Source: Tenericutes bacterium ADurb.BinA124
GTDB lineage: Bacteria; Bacillota_I; Bacilli_A; ML615J-28; CAG-698
Length of the DNA stretch: 64,000 nucleotides
Assembly (NCBI GenBank): GCA_002068415.1
Contig: MVZM01000009.1
Coordinates: 3,088 to 67,087, forward strand
Direction: 5' to 3'
Shown here piece after piece: positions 48,519 through 57,569 of this stretch. The notes under the pieces were generated by a model. It saw only the letters and a list, made by a program, of their open reading frames with translations. It was not told where the DNA came from and did no database searches. The position numbers and the translations under genes were made by a program. Numbering within the stretch: position 1 is the first letter of the stretch; every line of letters begins with the position of its first letter.

Positions 48519-49635
48519 AAAAATCATTGTCATTCCCGATTCCTTTAAAGCTTGTTTATCAAGCTATGAAGTAGCAAACATTATTAAGGATGCTTTAAAA
48601 GCGGTTATTCCCGATGCGGAAGTCATCACTATTCCGGTTTCGGATGGTGGTGAGGGCTTAGTTGACAGTTATTTAACCGCTGTCGGTGGCCAAAAAATCG
48701 CCCTTTCCACAAGCGGACCCTATCAAGAGCGCATCGACAGCTTTTATGGAATGATTAATCCGCAGACGGCAATCATTGAAATGGCTGCCAGTGCGGGATT
48801 AACTTTAGTAAAGGATCGTCCCAATCCGAGCTTAACCACAACTTATGGTGTTGGTGAACTCATTATTGATGCCATGAACAAGGGGGCTTCCACCATTATT
48901 TTAGGTTTAGGTGGGAGTGCCACCAATGATATGGGGGTGGGGATGGCCCATTGTTTGGGGGTGCAGTTTTTTAACCGCAATCATGATTTGTTTCTTCCCG
49001 TCGGGGGGACTTTAAAGGAAATCAAAACCATCAATATTGACAAACTTCATCCCTTAATTAAAAAAACCAAGTTCATCGCTCTTTGTGATGTGAAAAACCC
49101 GCTTTATGGTCCGCAGGGAGCCGCCTTCGTTTATGCAAAACAAAAAGGCGCCAACGACGCCATGATTTTAGAACTTGATGAAAATATGCGCCAACTGGCC
49201 CTTGTTCTTCAAAAACAATTTGGTATGGAAGTTGATTTTGCTGGAGCGGGTGCTGCCGGCGGCATGACCGTCAGTGCTAAGTTGTTTTTACATGCGGAAA
49301 TAAAATCCGGAATTGAAACCTTTCTAAAAATGATTAAATTTCAAGACCTTATTAAGAAGGCGGATTTGATTATTAGCGGTGAAGGTAAATTTGATTCTCA
49401 AAGTCTAAGCGGAAAAGTCATCGGAGGCATTGCTGCCGAAGCTGCTTTTGCCCAAGTTCCTTTATATGCGCTTGTTGGTCAAAAAGCTGATATGGATGAA
49501 GCTAATTACCCCCAAGCTTTAAAAAAAGTGATTTCTCTTATGGAATATAGTCATTCGCTGGCCGATTCCTTTCTTAATGCTCGCTTTTACTTAAGCAAAG
49601 CGACCAAGGAATTAGCCAAGAGCCTTTTTAAGTAA
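48511..49635 (+). CDS. glxK: glycerate kinase
   Basis: MAKKIIVIPDSFK...VSDGGEG...GGSATNDMG glycerate kinase family motifs; start at the internal Met. Confidence 0.8.
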   Translation: MAKKIIVIPDSFKACLSSYEVANIIKDALKAVIPDAEVITIPVSDGGEGLVDSYLTAVGGQKIALSTSGPYQERIDSFYGMINPQTAIIEMAASAGLTLVKDRPNPSLTTTYGVGELIIDAMNKGASTIILGLGGSATNDMGVGMAHCLGVQFFNRNHDLFLPVGGTLKEIKTINIDKLHPLIKKTKFIALCDVKNPLYGPQGAAFVYAKQKGANDAMILELDENMRQLALVLQKQFGMEVDFAGAGAAGGMTVSAKLFLHAEIKSGIETFLKMIKFQDLIKKADLIISGEGKFDSQSLSGKVIGGIAAEAAFAQVPLYALVGQKADMDEANYPQALKKVISLMEYSHSLADSFLNARFYLSKATKELAKSLFK

Positions 49636-49668
49636 AATAATCCCGGCAGAGGGATTATTTTATTTCTA
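49636..49668. terminator. bidirectional terminator
   Basis: AATAATCCC-ggcaga-GGGATTATT then TTTATTT, between convergent genes. Confidence 0.65.
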
Positions 49669-50347
49669 ATATGGCCAAATGCGGCAAGTGATCGGAAGCC
49701 ACTACCGGTAAAATGCGAGCTTTAAGCACTTTAATATGGGGAGAAATTAAGATATAATCGATCTTTTTTTGGGGGTTGATGGATGGATAAGTCGGTGGGC
49801 CGGCGGGAAATGTGTTGTTTAAGACATCTAACAAGGGTTTTAAAATGGGGTCGCAAGGCTCCATATTGAAATCTCCCATGAAAACCAGCGGGGCCCTTTC
49901 TTTCTTAATTAGCTCTAAGCTGGTTTTTACGGCGTTGATTTGTTCACCCTTAGCTAAACCAAAATGACTTGTAAAGAGGACCAAGGGGAAATGCTGGAAA
50001 GTCGCTTTAATGATGCACCGCGTTTCAAAAAATTCATGGTCATTTTTTATAGGATCGGGAATCATAATTGTCTCTGCGGTTTTAAGGGGATATTTTGTAA
50101 GGAGGGCATTACCATAAGGACGACCGTGGTAATCGATGGCTTGTGCAAAATAGAAATCATAGCCGAGAGCTTGAGCCATGATTTTGGCTTGGGATGCTTC
50201 GGTCGCATTGGCCCCGAAGACTTCATTCAAACCGATGATTTCGGCCTGACTGTCTTTAATCGTCTTAATCATAAGGTCCAAGTCGATTTGTTTGGTGCGA
50301 TAGTTTTTTCCGTGTTGAATGTTAAAGGTTAAAAAATTAATAATCAT
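49655..50347 (-). CDS. endonuclease/exonuclease/phosphatase (EEP) family protein
   Basis: TFNIQHG N-terminal motif and SDHLP C-terminal motif; RBS GGAGAC; start at MIINFLTFN. Confidence 0.7.
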   Translation of the reverse strand: MIINFLTFNIQHGKNYRTKQIDLDLMIKTIKDSQAEIIGLNEVFGANATEASQAKIMAQALGYDFYFAQAIDYHGRPYGNALLTKYPLKTAETIMIPDPIKNDHEFFETRCIIKATFQHFPLVLFTSHFGLAKGEQINAVKTSLELIKKERAPLVFMGDFNMEPCDPILKPLLDVLNNTFPAGPPTYPSINPQKKIDYILISPHIKVLKARILPVVASDHLPHLAILEIK

Positions 50348-50565
50348 CGTTTTGTCTCCAAGGTTTATTATACTTGGGGATGAGGATAAAAGCAACCACA
50401 TAATGATGACACAATTGAAATCAACCACTGTTTTTGTGAACGGGGAAAGTTGGAAAAAGCTTAAGCTGTTTTAAAATTTTCTTTATAAAGCCATTGAGAA
50501 ATTGCTTTGTTTCAAGTATAATATCTATGGAAACGGTTTCTTTTTTACTCCAAGAAGGAGGGATG

Positions 50566-51636
50566 ATGTTGGAGCACTTAATTTTAGTTATTAACCCTGG
50601 TTCAACTTCCACAAAAATTGCCGTATTTAAAAATGAACTCAGTCTTATGGAAATCAAAATCAGCCATCCGACGGAAGTGATTCAATCTTTCCCAAGTGTG
50701 GCTTCCCAATTTACCTTTCGTAAAGAAATGATTATCAAGAGTTTACAAGATAAAAACTTTGATTTAAAAACTTTAAGTGCTGTTTGTGGTCGGGGGGGAA
50801 TGTTGGCACCGATGGAAAGCGGTACTTACTTAATCAACGAAAAAATGCTTAACTTTTTAAAAGAAGCCAAGCGTGGCGAACATGCCTCTAATCTGGGCGC
50901 CTTAATTGCCCATGATATCGGTCTTTCCTACCATATTCCCGCTTTTATCGTTGATCCAGTTGCCGTTGATGAAATGGAAGCAATTGCCCGTATTTCGGGA
51001 ATGCCCTTGATTGAACGGCGCTGCATTTTTCATGCTTTAAATCATAAGGCCATCGGCCGGCGGGTAGCCCAGGACCATGGGCGACGCTACGAAGACTTAA
51101 ATTTAATTGTTGCTCATTTAGGTGGGGGCATCAGTGTGGGGGCCCATCAAAAAGGGCGCGTAATTGATGTCAATGATGCTTTGGACGGTGATGGACCGAT
51201 GTCACCGGAACGCAGTGGGTCCGTGCCTTTGGGGCCTCTATATCGCTTATGTTTATCAGGGAAATATACTCTTGAAGACATTAAACGAATGAATTACGGG
51301 AAAGGAGGTTTAGTTGCATATTTAGGAACGAATGATGCGAAAGAAGTTGTTAAGCGGATTGAGCAGCATGATGAACATGCGAAACTCATTTATGAGGCCA
51401 TGATTTACCAAATTGCGAAAGAAATCGGCGCCTGCGCAACGATTTTTAAAGGCCAATTTGATTTTATTGTTCTGACCGGAGGACTAGCATATGAACCATA
51501 TCTAGTCACGCATTTAATCGAAAGGATTAAGTTTCTTGGTCAAGTTCTCGTTTACCCGGGGGAAAATGAAATGCTGTCATTGGCCCTGGGGGCTTTGCGA
51601 GTTTTAAACCAAGAAGAACAACCGAAAACTTATTAA
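50566..51636 (+). CDS. buk: butyrate kinase
   Basis: ILVINPGSTSTKIAVF N-terminus and ASKHGG-family motifs; RBS AAGGAGG; exact start (50563/50566/50569) uncertain. Confidence 0.85.
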   Translation: MLEHLILVINPGSTSTKIAVFKNELSLMEIKISHPTEVIQSFPSVASQFTFRKEMIIKSLQDKNFDLKTLSAVCGRGGMLAPMESGTYLINEKMLNFLKEAKRGEHASNLGALIAHDIGLSYHIPAFIVDPVAVDEMEAIARISGMPLIERRCIFHALNHKAIGRRVAQDHGRRYEDLNLIVAHLGGGISVGAHQKGRVIDVNDALDGDGPMSPERSGSVPLGPLYRLCLSGKYTLEDIKRMNYGKGGLVAYLGTNDAKEVVKRIEQHDEHAKLIYEAMIYQIAKEIGACATIFKGQFDFIVLTGGLAYEPYLVTHLIERIKFLGQVLVYPGENEMLSLALGALRVLNQEEQPKTY

Positions 51637-51652
51637 CAAAGGGAGGATTTGG

Positions 51653-52732
51653 ATGAAAGTTTTTGATTACATGGAAAAGTATGGACACGAACAAATTATT
51701 TATTTTTATGACAAAACGACGGGTTTAAAAGGAATTACGGCTATTCACGACACGACATTGGGACCGGCGATTGGCGGAACACGGCTTTTTAAATATGAGA
51801 ATGAAGACGATGCCTTATTCGATGTTGTCCGTTTATCACGGGGAATGACTTACAAATGTTCGGCTGCGGGCTGCAATTGTGGTGGTGGCAAAACCGTGTT
51901 ATTGGGAGATCCTAGCAAAGTCAAAACAGAAAGCTATTTGCGGGCTTACGGTCGTTATGTTCAATCTTTAGGCGGACGCTTTTACACCGGCGAAGATATG
52001 AATTTCAACGAATTTGATGTGGATTATTTAATGATGGAAACAAATTATGTTAATGGCCGGGCCGATATGTCGGGCAATCCCTCGCCGGTAACCGCTTATG
52101 GGGTTTATTGGGGCATTAAAGCCAGCGCCAAAGCCAAATGGGGTGATGATAGTTTAGCGGGAAAAGTCATTGCTGTTCAAGGATTAGGGGCTGTTGGTTA
52201 TGCCCTTTGTGAATACTTGCATCAAGAAGGAGCTAAGTTAATAGTTACTGATATCAAAAAAGATCGTGTAGAACGAGCTGTCAAAGAACTGGGGGCTCAA
52301 GCCGTCAAATGTGAAGACATTTATGCGACTAAATGTGATATCTTTTCACCCAACTCCGTTGGTGCTATCTTAAATGATCAAACCATCCCGACCTTAAAAT
52401 GTGCAGTTGTGGCCGGCGCGGCCAACAATGTCTTGCTTGATGAAAAGAAACATGGTGATATGCTGATGGAAAGAGGCATTCTCTATGCCCCGGATTATGT
52501 GATTAATGCCGGTGGTGTCGTTAATGTTTATCAAGAATTTACACCGCCATATAATCGGGAACGGACTTTAAAAATTGTCCAACAAATATATGATCGCTTA
52601 TTGCTTATTTTTGAATATTCTAAAAAACATCATCTCAATACCCAATTAGCGGCTAACAAATTTGCGGAAGAACGCATGCAATTAATTGGCAAAATGCGGA
52701 GCAACTTTATTCCCAATGAAAAACATGTGTAA
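51653..52732 (+). CDS. Leu/Phe/Val (Glu/Leu/Phe/Val-family) amino-acid dehydrogenase, leucine dehydrogenase-like
   Basis: GGTRL...GGGK catalytic-region motifs and Rossmann GLGAVG; 359 aa. Confidence 0.8.
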   Translation: MKVFDYMEKYGHEQIIYFYDKTTGLKGITAIHDTTLGPAIGGTRLFKYENEDDALFDVVRLSRGMTYKCSAAGCNCGGGKTVLLGDPSKVKTESYLRAYGRYVQSLGGRFYTGEDMNFNEFDVDYLMMETNYVNGRADMSGNPSPVTAYGVYWGIKASAKAKWGDDSLAGKVIAVQGLGAVGYALCEYLHQEGAKLIVTDIKKDRVERAVKELGAQAVKCEDIYATKCDIFSPNSVGAILNDQTIPTLKCAVVAGAANNVLLDEKKHGDMLMERGILYAPDYVINAGGVVNVYQEFTPPYNRERTLKIVQQIYDRLLLIFEYSKKHHLNTQLAANKFAEERMQLIGKMRSNFIPNEKHV

Positions 52733-52802
52733 TAAGGGATAATTGGCTAATCTATTATTAAACGATAATTTTTTTTCATAAGCTGTTGTTTACATAGCAA
52801 TC

Positions 52803-52832
52803 ACACCGAAGCATTTTGTTTCGGTGTTTTTT
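52803..52832 (+). terminator. rho-independent terminator of the buk-dehydrogenase operon
   Basis: ACACCGAA-loop-TTCGGTGT followed by TTTTTT. Confidence 0.7.
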
Positions 52833-52841
52833 ATTGCCATT

Positions 52842-52870
52842 ATTGAGTTGTGTGAATGTTTTTGCTATAA
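52842..52870 (+). promoter_or_regulatory. sigma-A promoter TTGAGT-17-TATAAT
   Basis: Consensus-like hexamers with a 17-nt spacer, 20 nt upstream of the RBS AAGAGGAC. Confidence 0.55.
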
Positions 52871-52890
52871 TATCAAAGAGGACAAAACGT

Positions 52891-53601
52891 ATGCTTATCA
52901 AAAATCGACTGTTTTCATTCTTTATACGTTTAATCATCATTACCCTGGCTTTAACGGGGATTCTTTTAGTCATCACCAACGATAAAACCACAGTCCCCAT
53001 GGAAATGTTGATTTTTTACACCATTCAAAGCAACATAATTACGATTATTGTTAGTTTTATTTTAATGGTGAAAGACCTTCGTTTGCTTAGTTTCCAAGGG
53101 AAAAAGGGTGAACCGGGCCAAATAGCCCCCCTTATTCAAATGGGAAATACCTTTATTATTCTCATAACTTTTTTGGTTTATGCGACTTTACTCTATGAAT
53201 ATACTTTTTCTGCCGGTTATGAATGGGAAGGGATTAAATTTTCCATTGGCAACATTCTTCTTCATTATTTTGTGCCCTTATTAACCTTGGCTGATTATTT
53301 ATTGTTTTGCAAGAAGGGGAAAGTTAAGTTTAAACAAGCTTTACTTTGCTTAACTTATCCGCTTGTTTATTTTGTTTTTATTATGATTCGAGGTGAAGTC
53401 GGCGGGCCTTTACAAAACATGGGAGAAGAGATATTTACTTATTATCCATATCCTTTTTTAGATGTCGACAAGTTTGGCTGGTCTCAGGTCATTATTAATG
53501 TTGTTGTTTTATTAGTCTTAATGATTGGCTTGATAGGCTTGTTAACTTGGGCCGATAGTCGTTTGAGTAAAAGACGATTAAATCTTGAAAAGCCGTCATA
53601 A
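52891..53601 (+). CDS. polytopic membrane protein (Pr6Pr/AIG1-like)
   Basis: 6 hydrophobic segments; start moved to MLIKNRL downstream of the promoter and RBS. Confidence 0.45.
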   Translation: MLIKNRLFSFFIRLIIITLALTGILLVITNDKTTVPMEMLIFYTIQSNIITIIVSFILMVKDLRLLSFQGKKGEPGQIAPLIQMGNTFIILITFLVYATLLYEYTFSAGYEWEGIKFSIGNILLHYFVPLLTLADYLLFCKKGKVKFKQALLCLTYPLVYFVFIMIRGEVGGPLQNMGEEIFTYYPYPFLDVDKFGWSQVIINVVVLLVLMIGLIGLLTWADSRLSKRRLNLEKPS

Positions 53602-53704
53602 ATATGGTAAAATATAGCCCGAAAGGAAAAATCAAATCCTTGGATTAATGATGGAGGATTTTGTGAAGCGGATGAGGTATTCCAAAGAATAAATAACTAG
53701 AAAT

Positions 53705-53795
53705 GGAGGAGTACCCAAGAGGCTGAAGGGACTCGTCTCGAAAGCGAGCAGATCGGTAAAACGGTGCAAGGGTTCAAATCCCTTCTCCTCCGCCA
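53705..53795 (+). tRNA. tRNA-Ser (anticodon read as CGA)
   Basis: Class II tRNA; anticodon loop CTCGAAA; T-arm AGGGTTCAAATCCCT; discriminator G; CCA. Confidence 0.8.
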
Positions 53796-53808
53796 TTTAT
53801 ATTTTTGT

Positions 53809-53884
53809 GGGGCTGTGGCTCAGCTGGGAGAGCACTACCATGGCATGGTAGGGGTCGCGAGTTCGAATCTCGTCAGCTCCACCA
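53809..53884 (+). tRNA. tRNA-Ala (GGC)
   Basis: G3:U70 pair in the acceptor stem; anticodon loop ATGGCAT; T-arm GCGAGTTCGAATCTCGT; CCA. Confidence 0.85.
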
Positions 53885-53966
53885 ATTTTAAACATCATTT
53901 GCTTTATGGGCGAATTAAATATATTATTTTCAATAAACATTATTGGTGTTTGTATAAGTAGATGCT

Positions 53967-54698
53967 ATGAAAATTGGTTTAATTAGTGATTTCTCATACC
54001 ATAGGGAAATCGATAAAAACATCAATACGATAATCAAATATCTGGATGACTATCATCATCTGGATTTTTTGTTATTTTCCGAAGCTTTTCTTCAAGGATT
54101 TAATAGTTTATCATGGAATTATGATGATGATCTTAACATCGCTATTAGTAAAAATGATAAACAATTGGCTCTCATTAAAAATACTTGTAAGAAAAATAAT
54201 ATCGCAGTTGGCTTTGGCTTTTATGAACGAGTTGAAAAAGATATTTATTGTAGTTATCTAATAATTGATAATCAAGGAAAAATAATTAACAATTATCGCA
54301 GAATGTCAATTGGCTGGAAAATAATCGAGAAAACTAATCATCATTATAAAGAAGGAACAAGCATCATTCCTTTTACTCTCAATAACTATAATTTTATAAC
54401 TTTAGTTTGTGGAGATTTATGGGATGATGATATCAAAGAAGAAGTTATTCAGATAATTGAAAAAGATAAAATTGATGCGGTATTATGGCCTAATCATTTA
54501 GATTATGAAATAGAACAATTTGCGACGGAAATAAATGATTATAAGGAAAGAACAAAGGACATTAAAGTGCCCCTTTTCCTAGTTAATGACCACAGTGCCT
54601 CATCACATGGTGGAGCGGTAGTTTTTAAAGATAATCATCTTTTAGAATATCTAAAGATGGGAGAAATTGGGATAGTAATTTTTGATTTAATAAAATAA
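53967..54698 (+). CDS. carbon-nitrogen hydrolase (nitrilase superfamily) protein
   Basis: Glu in FSEAF, Lys, and Cys in TLVCGDLWDD consistent with the E-K-C triad. Confidence 0.65.
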   Translation: MKIGLISDFSYHREIDKNINTIIKYLDDYHHLDFLLFSEAFLQGFNSLSWNYDDDLNIAISKNDKQLALIKNTCKKNNIAVGFGFYERVEKDIYCSYLIIDNQGKIINNYRRMSIGWKIIEKTNHHYKEGTSIIPFTLNNYNFITLVCGDLWDDDIKEEVIQIIEKDKIDAVLWPNHLDYEIEQFATEINDYKERTKDIKVPLFLVNDHSASSHGGAVVFKDNHLLEYLKMGEIGIVIFDLIK

Positions 54699-54829
54699 GG
54701 CTTTATAATGTTTTACTAATCTAATTTAGTTTATACTCAAGGGAACCCTATATGGCACTATATTGCATTAAACGATGAATCGACCACGATTAGGAAATTT
54801 AAGTTCCCAATAATCAAAGAATTCGCCTG

Positions 54830-54857
54830 TTGACGAATTCTTTTAATTTCTTATAAT
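54830..54857 (+). promoter_or_regulatory. sigma-A promoter TTGACG-16-TATAAT embedded in the hairpin AAAGAATTCG...CGAATTCTTT
   Basis: Hexamers at 54830-54835 and 54852-54857; 10-bp inverted repeat 54817-54844 overlapping the -35. Confidence 0.5.
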
Positions 54858-54980
54858 ATTGCTGAATTTGAGAAATTCTCATTGTTTAGGAATAGGGTTC
54901 TTGGTTTAAGTTGTTGTGATGTTATTTATTATTTGTTATGATGATTATGTAAGCTTACATATATTCATAAGGAGGATTAT

Positions 54981-56051
54981 ATGAACATTGGAAAAAAGAT
55001 TAAAGATTTACGGAAAAAAGTCAATTTATCACAAGAACGATTTGCTGAAATGTTATGTGTTAATAATAAAGTCGTGTCGAGATGGGAAAATGACAATACT
55101 TACCCCGATATTACCTTATTAGCCAAAATAGCAACTATATTTAATGTTTCAACGGATTTTTTGTTAGATGTAAACCAAGAAAAGGTCAAGAAAGAGATTG
55201 ATGATTTTTGTGATTATGTTAGTGATAAGTATCATAAAGGTGAAATAAACGAGGACTTGTTAAAAGAAATAATCACTTATAGTAATAAATATCCGAATAA
55301 TTATCCTTTAAAAGTTTTTTTGTTTCAAACTTATTGTACAATTGATGAAGATAAATACTATGATGATGCGGTTAAAGTAGGGGAAGATATCTTAAAAAAC
55401 AGCAATGAGATGATTATCAAAGAAGGAGTCATTGTTTCTTTGTTTTACATGTATTATCATCACGGTGATTTACAAAAAGCCGAAGCGGTAATTAATGATT
55501 TGCCGACATCACCGAAATCTACAAAATGGAAACTAGAACCACGATTATTAAAAGGTGAAGAGCGAATAAAAGCTGTTGAAAACCAAATTATTGATATTTG
55601 TGAAGAATTTTGTGATTTTATCATGCAAACTTATGGGCGAAGAGAAGTAGGTCAGCGGAATCAAGAATTGTTGAAAATAAAGGCCTTATATGATTTAGTG
55701 TTTGAAGACGGCGATTACTATTATTATTCGGGGAGTTTATTGCATATGTACCTTTGGTGTGCCCAAGATCAGGCTAAGATTAAAAATAGCGAAAAAGTAA
55801 TCTTTTATTTAAATGAAGCTCTTAAATGCTCTTTAGATGTTTTACAAATTTATAAGGAAGGTAAACCCATTAAGCATACTTCATTTCTAGTAGATAGAAT
55901 TGAAGAATATCCAAGTAATTGGTCTTATTCAGGAAAAACAGTTTACACCAATTATATGCTTAAGTTTTTAGAAAGGGAAGAATTTGCATACTTAGAAGAT
56001 AATGAGGAAATAATGAAAATTAAACAAACATGCTTTGATAATCCGTTTTAA
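54981..56051 (+). CDS. XRE-family HTH transcriptional regulator with long C-terminal helical (TPR-like) domain, RNPP-like architecture
   Basis: N-terminal LSQERFAEMLCVNNKVVSRWENDNTYPD HTH_3 motif; about 290-aa Tyr/Leu-rich helical C-terminus. Confidence 0.65.
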   Translation: MNIGKKIKDLRKKVNLSQERFAEMLCVNNKVVSRWENDNTYPDITLLAKIATIFNVSTDFLLDVNQEKVKKEIDDFCDYVSDKYHKGEINEDLLKEIITYSNKYPNNYPLKVFLFQTYCTIDEDKYYDDAVKVGEDILKNSNEMIIKEGVIVSLFYMYYHHGDLQKAEAVINDLPTSPKSTKWKLEPRLLKGEERIKAVENQIIDICEEFCDFIMQTYGRREVGQRNQELLKIKALYDLVFEDGDYYYYSGSLLHMYLWCAQDQAKIKNSEKVIFYLNEALKCSLDVLQIYKEGKPIKHTSFLVDRIEEYPSNWSYSGKTVYTNYMLKFLEREEFAYLEDNEEIMKIKQTCFDNPF

Positions 56052-56156
56052 AATAAACAAACAATTTGTTTTGTTTTGTTTTGTGCTATACTATAGGTAG
56101 GAATCATTTAAACGCTTTAAAATACTTAGTTTTCAATTATTATAGGTGGTGTCCAA

Positions 56157-57158
56157 ATGATTAATATTAAACCAAGTATGATATTAGATGCCATTTGTTA
56201 TCTGGAGAAAGGGATTTATTTCTCCCAAAAACAATGGATGAGCAAAGAACAAATCAAAATGATTGAAGAATTAAATAGGATTAATATCGGTTTAATTCAT
56301 AAATGTTTAAACATGTCAACGGTGTCATTAATTGTTAGTACATTTTATAATAATGAAAATCTTGATCTTTATAATCTTGATGATTTATTGAATGTTTTTG
56401 AAAATATTAATTTAGTGGACAAAGTAGTTAAAGAACGTATAAGTAATGATTTTCAAAAAAAGTATGTTTATCCAACCCTAGATTGGCTAAGGCAAGAATA
56501 TGCTGAAATATATATCAAGAATATAAATTTGTTGAAACAGAATCAATTTGATTTGTATTGGAAAAAAGAAATATACCCTAAAGTGTTAGATAATATTAAA
56601 AAAAAGTACTTAGCTCTTCAAAAAGTCAATGTCAAAGCATTGATTGCCAATGTTTGTGCATTAAAAAACATCAGTAAATTGGGGGATATTAATATATATG
56701 TGTCATTTATGTCGTCTCCTACAGCTTTTACCTTATATAATGGATACCTTGATAATACCTTAGGAATTAGATTGGACAATATGTTAGCCCACGAATTAAT
56801 GCATGGTTTTGCTTCTGACGAATTAATAATGCAATATCGCACTTTTATGGAGTCTAGTGATTATCTTAAACAATGTTACAAATTTTTAATTGATGAAATG
56901 AAATCGGGAGAAGAAGAAGAGTTGGTTATGTCAGCAGAGTACTATTTAATGTATTTAAACGGTATTCCCAAGTTAGACATTTATAAATATGTGAAAACAA
57001 ACTATGGCTATAACTTACCATTATCCATCGTTCTTTTTGAACTGGCGATTAATGAGAAGAATAGAATTATTGATTACAATCAGTGGTTATTAAATAAGTT
57101 CTCCAAAAAAGAGATTCCTGAAATTACAAAGGACGGTATTACAGCTTTGTTAGGATGA
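56157..57158 (+). CDS. hypothetical protein with HExxH zinc-metallopeptidase-like motif
   Basis: AHELMHGF motif at about residue 215; 333 aa; no TM segments. Confidence 0.45.
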   Translation: MINIKPSMILDAICYLEKGIYFSQKQWMSKEQIKMIEELNRINIGLIHKCLNMSTVSLIVSTFYNNENLDLYNLDDLLNVFENINLVDKVVKERISNDFQKKYVYPTLDWLRQEYAEIYIKNINLLKQNQFDLYWKKEIYPKVLDNIKKKYLALQKVNVKALIANVCALKNISKLGDINIYVSFMSSPTAFTLYNGYLDNTLGIRLDNMLAHELMHGFASDELIMQYRTFMESSDYLKQCYKFLIDEMKSGEEEELVMSAEYYLMYLNGIPKLDIYKYVKTNYGYNLPLSIVLFELAINEKNRIIDYNQWLLNKFSKKEIPEITKDGITALLG

Positions 57159-57569
57159 TGTATATTTAATATTTGTCGAGTTTAATAAGTTGTTTAGTGT
57201 TTCTTAAAAAACGAAGCACTTTATTAAGGAAGCTTATGATAACAAAGTTTAAATTCTTTCAGTTCAATAAAAAAACTTCATGTGCGTAGATTTTATTTCT
57301 CGATAAAATAACTCATCAATCCCAATATGCGATATTGGTACTCGTTTTTCCTTATAAACAACAAACAAGGAAAACAGTTACATATTCGTTAAATAATTAA
57401 ATTTTCTAATTGTTTTTGTTGTAACCACCATTATTGAAATAACCATTATCATTGTTAATGCTTATTTAAAAGCGTCATAGGGATAAATAAATTTAATCAT
57501 GACTTTTAGTTTTAGACCTTGTAAGCTCGTAAAGTGTCTGTATGAAATAGGAAAAGGGGGGACAATTTT

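Noticed and set aside
53764-53961. 65-aa ORF on the + strand
   Set aside because: Overlaps the tRNA-Ser and tRNA-Ala genes. The reading frame runs through tRNA sequence.
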